Of a stretch of DNA of 20,000 nt, positions 9,649 through 20,000 are shown one piece after another. The DNA is taken from assembly GCA_000934665.2 (NCBI GenBank), contig JYFJ02002041.1, forward strand, positions 44,757-64,756, read 5' to 3'. The stretch is from Catajapyx aquilonaris. Its lineage: Eukaryota. The position numbers and the translations under genes are program-made. How positions within the stretch are numbered: the stretch's first letter is position 1; each line of letters starts with the position of its first letter. The notes under the pieces were generated by a model. The model ran no database searches. It was not told where the DNA came from and saw only the letters and a list, made by a program, of their open reading frames with translations.

Positions 9649-12600
9649 TTATCCTCTCTCTGCGATGAGTTTGACGACACTGTGGTCCATCATTACTGGG
9701 TCCAGACAGCGGTGGATCACACTGCCGACTATCTCATCCAGAAGGGTGTGCACCAAGCTGCAAGATAAAAAGATCATTAACCTCCTTTTTTTATTACGCA
9801 GAGGACCAATTAATTGTCAGACTCATAACGTACTTTTCATCCGATACGAATCGCCAAAGGTACAGCTGCAAGTAGTACGTGTCCACCTGCACCTGCTGCA
9901 ATCCAAATCGGCTGAAAGTCCGAAGTCGGACACATTCCAGGAAAGTCTGCGGAAAGAAAAAAATATTGCCTGCAATAATTGTACCATACATGTAGGGCAT
10001 ACAACAGATGCCCTTATTCATTCAGCGATATAAACATGTTTTGTTGCGAGCTGTTCAAGGCTGCACCCTGGAATTTCCCTCCCACAATGCGCGCACGCTT
10101 CCATTGTTTTGCACTTGCTCCAATTGCCACAAACCTTGAGGCTAATTTTGATGATTCCAGTGAGTATGGACACCTTGGAGAACTGGACCGATCCGAATAT
10201 CTCAATCCTTTCCGAGAAAAGCTTCTGGATGTTGGTCGCAAGGCTTGTGTCCATCTGGCTCGGGGCGTAAGCAGACCATGAGGATGGCGGGGGTTGACCC
10301 GAGGGCGGCCCCTGGTGCTGCTTGGCTGCCAGAGAAGCACCTGGCTGGTATCCTCTCCGGCTGGAATCCGAACTGCGTTCCTCCTTCCGCTGCCCCTCCT
10401 CGTAAAGGGCTCCCACTCTGACTTCCATAGCCGTCACATCCTCCACAACACGTTTCATAACAGCTCGAACAGTCCTCGGCTCTATCGTGTGCAGCCAGTC
10501 ACGCGTCTCCACAGATTTCCGTAGCATCTGAATCGCACGGAAATGTGTTAAAGACTCATAACCACAATTATGATGAAAAGTATCACCTGCGAGAGGGTCA
10601 GTCCTTGCACCCTGACGTAGTGGTCCAGCATCTGCTGAGCCACCTGCTGCATCCTTCCATTCAAGGTGTCCGTTGGTGTTAGCTGATTCCTGTCCAGAGA
10701 TCCAAACCGCTCGTCCACTGCGCCCAGCAAGAAGTGAACAGTGGACGTTGACATGTCCAAGCAAAAGCGGGACAGCAGGAGAAACAGGTCGGGCGGTAAG
10801 CTATCCCTGTCTTTAGCGCAAAGTCCGGACGAATGGGACGCCATGAACTTGATGAACTCGACGACCATTCCTTCTCTGACCGCTCCGGTGCAAAACGGCT
10901 GCCTGAATTCCGGCTTAACTGCGAAAGTCATCTCCGGCTGCAGGAAAAGCTGCATCTGGTCCAGCACAGATCGGGTCTTATCTGCGACGGAGGTCACCAG
11001 AGCAGTCAAGGAATCCCACAGCGCATTGTTGCCTTCCCCGTCCTGCGTCAGTGGTTGCGGGGAGGTCAGAGTTTGAATCAGAGACGACAGCGTGGCCTCA
11101 AAATGAGAGCACAGGACTGCGAGGTAGATAGAAGATTGGGAGCGGCTTGCACTTGACACGATAGTCAGTCCAGTCCTGCAGAATGAAATATTGTAATTAA
11201 AAGTACTGTCAACATTCATGTAACTTACCTGGCAAAGTCAGTCTGCGGCAAAAGCTTGGACATGGCTTGCAGTCTGCGGTGGAACCTGTCCAGTGCTCTG
11301 ACCAACTGAGCAGTTCCCCAAGGCTCCTTCTCAACTTTAAGACGAGACTCAACGAGATGGAAATAACGTTCCATCAGATGCATCACAAAATTTATCAACT
11401 TCTTCACCGCAACAGTCTCCAGACGCTCGCTGCAAAAGAGATATATGTCACGTGAAAACCTCATTACGAATATCATGCAGCAGATCGTACCTCTCCTCAG
11501 GCGACCTTCCACCGACCCATGCTCGGCTGATGAACACATCGTTGTAGGAAGCAACTACCAAACAAATATCGCTGAGGAATCCATTACAGCCGAGGTCAAC
11601 GAAATCCAATATGTCAGCCTTCCCAGCTTCAGCCACCTGAAGCACATCCAAATCCTGGTCCAACCTCAGCTTAGCGTGAGCCAAAAAGTCATCACAGAGC
11701 GACTCTCCAGGCTCGCCAAGTTGAAGAAGCAGGTCAACAGCTTGGGCTAGCTTTCGAGGTGAATTTGAACCCACATCATCTTCCTGACCTCTAACCTAAA
11801 TAACCCGAGATGGTCGTTAGCAGAATTCTGAAATGGTAACGACAACGAATGAGCCGTACCTGTTCCCTCAGCTTTTCTTTGAGCCGACCAACGATGGCAT
11901 CGCAATCTTCCTGTATCCCGTTAAACGAAGCCATATGCTTGTAATGAGCCAGAACCTTCTGTGCTCGAGTGTAAAACAAGACAGCCTGCGGATAGTCCCC
12001 GTCGTCCAAACAAGCGGTCAGCTTAGTCGGAAGCTCAAACAAAAACTGAAGCTTCTTCAACAGCAAATGGACTCCGGACAACTTATTAATTTGCACCCGT
12101 CGGTCTTGCAACGTCTCAGATATTTGTGCCGAGAAGGAAGTGATGGCCGACATGTTGGTTGCCAGCAGATCCATCTCCGCCTCCATCTTCTTAAAGTCGC
12201 TCTTCATCTAATGACATTAGAATGCAGAGGGAATTAATTAGTCAGCCAACTATTGTTTTGATTGTAAACGAACCTTTCGTATTGTGTCGGTTGCGGATAT
12301 GAACTTATTGTAGTTCTCATACACAAGCGTCTGCATATCCGAATCCAACGCCTGAATCTGCTTAATCACGTCACTCTCCCGATCCATCAGCTGATTCAAC
12401 GTCGACTCCTAAGTAGCAAAATTGCAATTAGAACACTTTCGACATTCCAATAGTGCAATTAGAACACGTTCGAAATTCCAATAGTGCGATTAGAACACGT
12501 TCGAAATGCCAATAGTGCGATTAGAACACTTTCGTCATTAAAATAGTGCAACTAGAACACGTTCGAAATTCCAATAGTGCAATTAGAACACTTTTTGACA

Positions 12601-12938
12601 TTCCAATAATGCAATTAGTCTAATTGCATTGTTGGAATGTCGAAAGTGTTCTAATTGAATTAGAACACGTTCGACATTCCAATAATGCAATTAGAACACG
12701 TTCGAAATGCCAATAATGCAATTGGAACACTTCAGACATTCCAACAGTGCAATTGGAACACTTCTGACATTCCAACAGTGCGGGATTAGAACACTTTTGA
12801 CATTCCAATGAAACAAACCTTGATCAACTTCTGCAGGTACATATCCGGATTAAAATGCGATCCATTAATATCATACGGATCGCCCATCGCCTCTTCGCCA
12901 GATCCGCCTCCATTCCCATTACTCTGCATCGCAAACAT
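9649..12938 (-). CDS. VPS51: Vacuolar protein sorting 51 (GARP/EARP subunit, fat-free/Ang2), 9 exons, ~770 aa
   Basis: Exons 12938-12819, 12408-12274, 12207-11860, 11795-11491, 11429-11229, 11175-10587, 10527-10135, 9946-9834, 9757-9649. All introns are GT-AG with consistent phases; total 2313 nt. Diagnostic motifs: [89 protein letters not shown]-terminal ERG*. Alternative in-frame ATG at 12929. Confidence 0.96.
12421..12809. repeat. 31-bp minisatellite (TGCAATTAGAACACGTTCGACATTCCAATAG), ~12 copies, with one inverted segment at 12620-12657, in VPS51 intron 1
   Basis: Units start at 12423, 12454, 12485, 12516, 12547, 12578 and resume at 12686, 12717, 12748, 12779. The inverted copy reads ctaattgcattgttggaatgtcgaaagtgttctaattg. 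Confidence 0.95.
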
Positions 12939-13189
12939 GGCTTCAAAAAATCCAGAACAAAAATAATTAATTCAATTCGAACAAAATTTAGAACACGTCA
13001 AATCCGCCATCTTGGAATTCAATTTAAAGACGTGGCCTACTTCCTGTGCCGAACATACGGTACTGTACATGCATGTGGCCTACTCCCCGCTCTTCGGGGT
13101 TGTCATGGTGCGTCATTCAAATCGATTGAAAGGAAAAAGGGGGTTAAAAAGAGTGGCCTTATTATAGCCTGTGGCTGTCTGAAGGTCTG
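12939..13189. promoter_or_regulatory. Bidirectional promoter region shared by VPS51 and WDR54
   Basis: Only 251 bp separate the divergent ATGs. Contains a YY1-type CCGCCATCTTG (13004-13014), an ETS-like ACTTCCTG (13039-13046) and two GTGGCCTACT copies (13032, 13075). Confidence 0.6.
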
Positions 13190-14306
13190 ATGGATTCAGC
13201 CAGCAGGTCCGTCGGGTTGCCACTGAGCGCCTCCGCACTGCAGGGCAACCTGGCCGTCATCCCAGGGAGGCAGCAGGTCGCAGTCATCCACAAGGGCAGG
13301 GTCGCACTGGCCCGACACGACAACGACGATGACTTGAGAAGGGAAGTTGCCTGGAGCGGAATGGACACAACCATTACGCAGGTCATACATTACTTTTGTT
13401 GGACCAGTACGCACCGCATTGGGTATACAAAAACCGGGGTGATTGCAGGTGGCAAGCGTTGAGTACGACGGATGCGACCTACTGGTGCTGGTGTCCACCG
13501 TCGGAGTTCAGGTGTACGATGCGGATGGGCTGTCCCTCCTGTTCTCGCACACCTTCCCGGGGAATGCGGACAGCTGGGGGGAATTCCATCGGGGTATCGC
13601 AAAGGTTGCGGAACACATCCTCTGCATCGGTACGCTCCTGCCGCTTCCTAATTGTGCTGTGTATTAATTACCGGTTTAATTACAGGGTGTCGTCGAGGCG
13701 AGGTGTTGACATTTGGCGTTTGGAAAGGAGGGATGGACATTGCGTTTGAGGCTGGGGAAAAGCTGCATGGGAGCACCATAACGGGGCTGGCCGGACGGGA
13801 GAGCAGCTTGGTGGCGGCTGACGCAAGCGGGGCACTCGGGCTGTGGACGAAAAGCGTGCATGAACCAATGAGCCGCGTTTGGTTCATCGACAACTACGGG
13901 TAAGCCCTAACAATGGAAGCGCAACAAGGAAAATTAATTTGTTATTAACTGTAGGAGCGCCTGCACCGGACTGTCGCTATGGAAGAGCCTCCTGGCCGTC
14001 AGCTTCGGTTCAGGTCATATCCGCATATTCAGGCTGCTGACCGGACATATGACTGCTGAAGTGACGGCCCATGCGGCGTGGATCACCTCGTTGGATGCGA
14101 CTGAATCCGGACAGCTGCTGTCCGTCTCGGAGGACACGTATGTTCGAGTATGGCAACTCGATGACGCTGCGGACGCCGCAACAATCGAACTAGCCACTGT
14201 GAGACAAGTTCCTGACATGCTGCTGGTCGGCGGAAAATTCCTAGGAGACAACGAGTTCGGTATAACCGGCTACGAACAGAAGCAAGTTCTGATATTTAGC
14301 CTGTGA
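13190..14306 (+). CDS. WDR54: WD repeat-containing protein 54-like, 4 exons, ~312 aa
   Basis: Exons 13190-13381, 13449-13629, 13686-13899, 13955-14306 (GT-AG, phases consistent, 939 nt). Motifs match recalled WDR54: SASALQGNLAV, LLVLVSTVGVQVYDADG, FHRGIA, ADASGALGLW, AHAAWITSLD..GQLLSVSEDTYVRVW, FGITGYE. Confidence 0.88.
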
Positions 14307-14397
14307 TATTTCCAACACTTTATATTTTTGCACCATACATTATAAAATATACACATGTTCACATAGTGGGTGTTCATACTTTTCTACAGGTGTATTA

Positions 14398-15656
14398 TCA
14401 CAGCTCTTCATGCTCCGGGATATCCAGTTTCGCCAGAACGTCACTAGCCAGTTTGCTGATGCTCGTCAAATAGTCATCTTCCGACTCGGCGTACGCTCGC
14501 TTTAGTGACACTAATTTGCTTCGATGCTGCTTGAACTCCGACCTGCACACACCGCTTAAAGCTGCAAGTACGTGCAGTGATTGTTCCACCTGGTCGTGCT
14601 CGGCGTCTCGGGGCAATGTGATGAGCTCGCACCATCCGCCCTCTTTCAGCCGGGCTTCCAGCTGCAGTTCACGGTACTGCCGCAGCTTCTTCGGATCCTT
14701 CGTTTCAAACAGCGGCTCGAGAACCAAGTCGGCCAGCAGCGTCGCAATCTTAAGCCGTATTTTAGTTCCATTAGCACCGAATATGGAAGAGAGCACTGCA
14801 AGTCCGCCCTGTCGTAACACGCTGCTTTGGGCGACCGGGAAGCGACGAAGCATCGCCGATAGAGCGAACACAAGGGATGACGTCGCATCGGCATCGGTTT
14901 CCTTCGACAGCGATACCAGTATGGCACGTTCAGCCCCGCTTTCAAGCGCCACAACTTGCACCTCAGGGTTGCTCTGCATTGCGGCTCCCAACAGCCGACC
15001 AGACATTGTTCTAACAGTGGCCGACGTGTGGTTCAGCGAATGGAGGGCAACAATGGAGAGTCCTCCCTGGTGGGCGAACTCAAGCGCGTCTGGATACCGG
15101 TGGCACAAATGCTGCAGGTCGCTCAGGACGGACACGATCTCATCTTCGGAAGTCGTGGCGGTGTACCGCTTAATCATGTGCGTCATGATCTTCCGGCTGG
15201 ATGGTACGCCTTTCTTTTCCTTCATGCCGTCCTCTTTTTCCTGCTGTAGCTGCTCGTATGTACGCCACTTCTCGCCGACATGCTCCTTCCGGTTGGCTTC
15301 CTCCGCAGTCGTTAACGACTTCAGCGTCTCTTCCATCTGACTTCCGCCTTCGCCCAACATGTCCTCCACCGCGACTAGATCAGTCTTCGTCTCTTCAGAC
15401 TCGTATTCCTTAGCTTCAACCTCCTTCGTATGCAGGTTCATCCGCACATGCGCACCTCGTGGTACCGCATACCCTGTAAATGACATACATAAGTAACCGG
15501 TACGTACAAAGCGCAACAAGTCATACCAGGCGGAACCTTCCTCCACTCTTTTGTGAGCCGCAACACCTTCTTCTTCTCATCCGCAGCTTCATCGTCGTCC
15601 GACCCACCGACAGACATCACCAGCAGGAAAACCAGTACGTGTCTACACAGCCTCAT
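14398..15656 (-). CDS. SIL1: Nucleotide exchange factor SIL1 (BiP co-chaperone), 2 coding exons, ~401 aa
   Basis: Exon 15656-15527 encodes signal peptide MRLCRHVLVFLLVMSVGG...TKEWRKVPPG; 53-nt intron; exon 15473-14398 encodes YAVPRGAHVRMNLHT, LGAAMQSNPEVQ, VFALSAMLRRFPVAQ and GWCE. The protein ends in the ER-retention signal HEEL. Probable 5'UTR intron at 15724-15662. Confidence 0.92.
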
Positions 15657-15889
15657 TGTCTCTAGCAACTAATTAAGATACAGTAATTAACACGCTTAAT
15701 TTTATATATAAAAAAATCTTGTACCTTGTCCTATTCAAACCCAAGGCGGCATGTGATGGTGCAATGGACACGTTTTTGCTCCCCACTGGACGGCCATTTG
15801 TTCATACAATGACGTAACATGTGCCAAAAAAAATTTGGCGTCAATATCATGCATAAATTTGGCTAAAAATAATGGACAATAAGGAAGTA

Positions 15890-16582
15890 CAATCTAAAAT
15901 TTTTAATTACAATTGCGATGTAAATTGGTCGGCCATATTGGGGACGAATGGGCGCGGCCATTTTAACGTTATATTCATAACGACTTAATATGCAAAATTT
16001 GTATTAAATTTTAATCGTTTTTAATTATTCCAACTGTAAAAAATTTGCATTCAATATATTTTCGAACCGTTTTAGCGTTTTAATTACTGTCGGCCATATT
16101 GGGTCCATGTTCGCGGCCATTTTGTGTTAACTCGTTTACATTTATCATACCAAACTGTAATTAAATATACCTTTCTTAATTATAATTATGACGAAAAAAT
16201 TACGACCGGTCCATTTTGGAACAGTTTTAATCATGACGCTTCCTGTCGGCCATATTGGGGCCAATGTGGGCGGCCATATTGTGTCCAGGCACGTTAAATC
16301 CACCATGCTTAAATGTTCCAAATTGTGATTAAATTTACCGTTGTTAATTATGATTGCACCATTAAAATTACGCCGGGTCCATTTTAGAACAGTTTTAATG
16401 ACGACAGATGACGACGCTTCTAGTCGGCCATGTTGGTTCGCAGCCATTTTGTGTCCATACACGTTAAATACATCGTTGCTTAAATGTTCCAAATTGTGAT
16501 TAAATTTACCGTTCTTAATTATGACGACAGTGCATAAATTATGCGAGGTCCATTTCGGAACAGTTTTAATGGCGACGCTTCC
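15890..16582. repeat. Degenerate tandem repeat, 156-178 bp unit, ~4 copies, each with a pair of GCCATNTT motifs
   Basis: GTCGGCCATRTTGG recurs at 15928, 16089, 16245 and 16423. The block TGCTTAAATGTTCCAAATTGTGATTAAATTTACCGTT is identical at 16306 and 16477. Confidence 0.85.
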
Positions 16583-16586
16583 GAAC

Positions 16587-16613
16587 AGCCAATCGGAGCG
16601 AGGGGCGCGAAAA
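16587..16613 (+). promoter_or_regulatory. CCAAT box plus E2F-type site upstream of the nucleoplasmin-like gene
   Basis: AGCCAATC at 16587-16594 and GGCGCGAAAA (TTTTCGCGCC on the minus strand) at 16604-16613. Confidence 0.5.
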
Positions 16614-17013
16614 GTGCGCATTTGCCAGTCGGCAATGCAAATCGCTGCTACCTGTAGCCGTGACTGCGGAATAGCCGTTGCCCTCATCCATTTCCTTATA
16701 GCGAGAAGCTGCTAGTTCTGCAAGCTGCTATGTGCTGTTGTGGACATTAGCTATGCGATATACGGAGGGGCAATGATCTGGCAACCCCCTCCCCTTCCCC
16801 CTCCCCTCCATACCCTCTCTTGCCCATTCCCTCTACCCTCGCTGCCGCCTCGTTCTTTCTTTTTCCCTCCCGCTTCCTTCCCTCTCCGACCACACTAGAC
16901 GCCGGGTGTAGGACAGAGAAGCGGTGCGTCGCTGTGCCCTGAGAGAGAATCTGCCCGCATCCGGACCTTCCAACAGCCATCTCCGACCCGTTTAGACGTA
17001 CCAAGCAAAAGGA

Positions 17014-19971
17014 ATGGAGGAGGAACAGTTTTGGGGTAAGCCAACGGGTTGTTTGTGGAACGCCGGGGGGGATATCAAATAAGAAGAGGGGCAGGGACCA
17101 TCGGCCGGCATCTCTTTATAGAACGTATCAGGAAGGGACGCTGCTAGCCCCCCCGTGTGTACAACAGGGGGGATGGGCCGGTACCGGGGCAGAATGGGGC
17201 CTAAGCCGGCCGGTCTTTTTTCTTTTTCTTTTTTTATTAAATGGCGGGCTTAGCCTAAGGGGGGGCGAGGGTAGGACAAAGGGACCGCACTACGACCGGG
17301 GGGGAAAAACATGGCTGTGCATAGTACCGTGTCTGTCGGGGCGTCCTCAGGAAGGTACGGGTGACGGTACGGGTGACAGGTACCGTTCCAATGTAAGGGG
17401 GGGGGAGGGGGGAGGGAGGGATTCGGAATAGAGCAGGGGTGCCAACATGGAGATTAGACGCACCTAAAAAAAGGGGGGTTGGTACCGCGGAAGGGGATGC
17501 ATGCTGCATGTTGGGGGGGGGAAAAGGAGGGAGATAAAAATGCTGTAGGGTGTGGCTTTACTGGATTAATTAATTACAAATTAATAAGCATGGGTTGGTT
17601 TGGCTTAAAATAATTTTTTTGAGAAGTGCGACCATGTGGGTCCATTTTTTGCATATTAGGTAGTTATTACATCACTGGGTTGGTTCACAGTAGCCAAGCC
17701 TACTGAAGACATGTGGTTGCTTCACAGACATGCACGGTATGATCTGTTGCATTGATTTGTGCAATAATGACGATAATAATTTTTATCAATTTTATGGCTG
17801 ATTTGTGTGCAATTTTTGTTTCCCGCCCCCATATGCAATGATGGGCTTGAAAGTGGCACGTTTTTGATCCGATAGTCATTGCTGCAATAATTATGTAATA
17901 AACAATGTGCACTGGGGGCCCAGAGGCATATTTTTCAATGGGAAATAATTCCCACATGCTCATACCGGAGTCAAAAAATGAGGGCCATTGCTGTAGATAA
18001 GCCATCAAGGTTCTTTTCTCCCTTGTTGCTGGCATATTAAATACGGTAAAATTGCAAGGTGAAACAACTGGAAAATTAGGAAATTTGTGTACTGCTTAAC
18101 ACTCGTCGTTGAAGCAAAAATATGATTATGTAAGCTCTGCACTTTTTGTTTGTGAAATGCTTCGGGGCCTTGACCTACAGTACATTAACATGCCATACAG
18201 TAACTAGTGCTTTGTCTAGGATTTGATTGCTTTGTGTACTGCTGGTTTGTTGTTGAGGTATGGAGTATATTTAGCTTGAGTGTATGACATCTCATGTACA
18301 TTCCTGACTACTGCTTTTGATAGGGAGTTTTATCACAATGGATGTTTACGCAGCTCTTGATTACTTAAGGGGCAATGTCATTTTGACACATACTATTATA
18401 CAATGTTAAATAAGCAAAGTTTGTCAGGCCTGATGACATTTACGTTGCTAGCACATTATTTGTAACTACTTAATCTGATAGCGTTAATAAAAATAATGTG
18501 GTTTCACGGACACAACAATGTTACTGTTGGTGGGTGGTACCTTCACATCCTGTATGGCAGATGTTTGTCACCAGTGCTGTTTTTGTACTTTGGAAGTAAT
18601 AAACTGTGCATGGAAACATGGCTATTCCTGGTGGGCGGATAAAAGAGAATGCTGCCACCACTGATATGTTGATCATGACCTTGCTTGAAGTTGATCAACA
18701 AATTGTATCCATCATACTACTGCAGAAACTAACTGTCAATTTATCCACCAGGATTCTCGCTTAGCGCAGACAAGAAGGAGTGCGAATGGAACCCAGATAT
18801 GCCAAAGAAGCAGGACCGGCCAGCCATGAAGGGGATGATCAGTCTTCTCCTCAAGCAGGTAATGCACATTTTGCGGTCTTCATCAATCTACATTCGATTG
18901 TAATTGCTACGTACAGTGTCAGCACTACCAATATTAATGAAAGTGTTTTTTTTTTGGATGTGTGGCTCATGCAATTTGCTATTAATTTCCAGGCCGTGTT
19001 GGGCAAGGAGGCGAAGGAAGGCGAGGTGAACATAGTCGAGGTGGAGGCGGTTAGCACGACTGGCGACACCATCAAGCTTCCGGTTCTGTACCTGAAGGGA
19101 GGCTCCCTCCACCAGCAAATGATGAACGTTACCCTGCCCGAGCCCCCAGCCAAGATCATGCTCACGTCGGGCAGTGGCCCCATCCATCTTACCGGAGTTG
19201 AAAAGATTGGTGCGTACCGAGGCGTCTTTGCATCTTAACGAAAGGGACAAAATTGGGTCATAATGGATTGGAAATATTGTACTGTTTTGGGTGTAGTCTG
19301 TACGTCAGTAATAAATTAAGGCAAATTGACGGAAATTCATGCTGACGGATTTGGATAATGCAACAAATCTAGATTGTTGGAAGAATTAGTGGCCTAATGC
19401 AGATGGGAAAGACGTTCAGAAATGCGACATGATTTTAATTATGTGTTGGCTAATTGCTGCTTGCTAATTACAGACTTCAAGTACGCGGGTGGCGACATTG
19501 AAGATGATGAAGATATGGATGACGAAGAGCTCGAGGAGGAAGATATGGACGATGAGCTCGACGATAAGGTAGGGAAGATGAATAACGCATCCTAAACGTA
19601 CACCCCATCATCCCCATTGCCAAATTAATAATTTGCACCCTCCAAAAAAAAAATTATATAACCCCCCAGAAAAAACCAGTCGCACACTCTTTTCTCCCAT
19701 TCAAAATTGTAGCATTAGGTTAACCTAAACCGCAACCTGTGACTAATGTTTTCTATGTAAAACACGAGAAAAAAAAAACTACATACGTACATAAGCCTGT
19801 AGCTCACGTTTGTGAAGAAAAGAGTGGGACAATTTTGACCAAAATGGACGCATACAAAACCACCCTCCCAACTTTTTGCAGATTGACTTGAAAAAGAGAA
19901 AGGCAGGCACAGGCAAAGGAAACCTAGGGAAACCGAAAAAGCCTAGAATGGATTTAGACGATGATGATGAG
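17014..19971 (+). CDS. Nucleoplasmin-like histone chaperone (Nlp/nucleophosmin family), first 5 coding exons; 3' end lies beyond the window
   Basis: Exons 17014-17035 (MEEEQFW), 18752-18858 (GFSLSADKKECEWNP..SLLLKQ), 18993-19209 (AVLGKEAKEGEVNIVEV..GSGPIHLTG), 19474-19568 (acidic tract EDDEDMDDEELEEEDMDDELDD), 19882-19971 (KKRKAGTGKGNLGKPKKPR bipartite NLS, DDDDE). Phases are consistent and a donor gtaagt follows at 19972. Confidence 0.9.
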
Positions 19972-20000
19972 GTAAGTTGTTGACCAAAAAAAAAAAGACC

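Noticed and set aside
12421..12809. CRISPR-like appearance of the 31-bp repeats (also 8040-8309)
   Set aside because: Units are contiguous with no unique spacers, there are no cas genes, and the context is eukaryotic.
14516..15340. 274-aa + strand ORF
   Set aside because: Antisense shadow of the SIL1 coding exon.
15474..15546. N-terminus of the 382-aa ORF (MEEGSAWY...)
   Set aside because: It reads through a 53-nt GT-AG intron; the spliced model starting at 15656 restores the signal peptide and the conserved SIL1 N-terminal motif.
16145..16687. 180-aa minus-strand ORF with internal repeats
   Set aside because: It is the translation of the 156-178 bp tandem DNA repeat, with no recognisable family.
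18431..18680. Possible intronic snoRNAs in nucleoplasmin-like intron 1 (TGATGA...CTGA at ~18431-18479; hairpin ~18609-18679)
   Set aside because: The C/D span is only ~48 nt with no terminal stem or recognisable rRNA guide, and the hairpin lacks clear H and ACA box placement. A snoscan or Infernal search would settle it.

Overview
Gene-dense eukaryotic window, most likely from a non-insect invertebrate and probably an arthropod, with many 53-76 nt GT-AG introns. From left to right: the last coding exon of an equilibrative nucleoside transporter (+, 297-429); a ~9 kb ORF-free interval holding a minus-strand cluster of three conserved microRNAs (miR-2001, miR-252b, miR-252a) with a candidate spliced non-coding host transcript; a complete 9-exon VPS51 gene (-); a head-to-head WDR54-like gene (+, 4 exons); a tail-to-tail SIL1 gene (-, 2 coding exons, C-terminal HEEL); and a divergent nucleoplasmin-like gene (+, 5 exons, running off the window). 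Repeats include a 31-bp minisatellite with one inverted unit that fills VPS51 intron 1, a ~33-bp minisatellite beside miR-2001, a 156-178 bp repeat rich in YY1/Pho-like motifs in the SIL1/nucleoplasmin intergenic region, and a (TC)33 microsatellite. Gene and miRNA identities come from recalled family sequences, not a database search.
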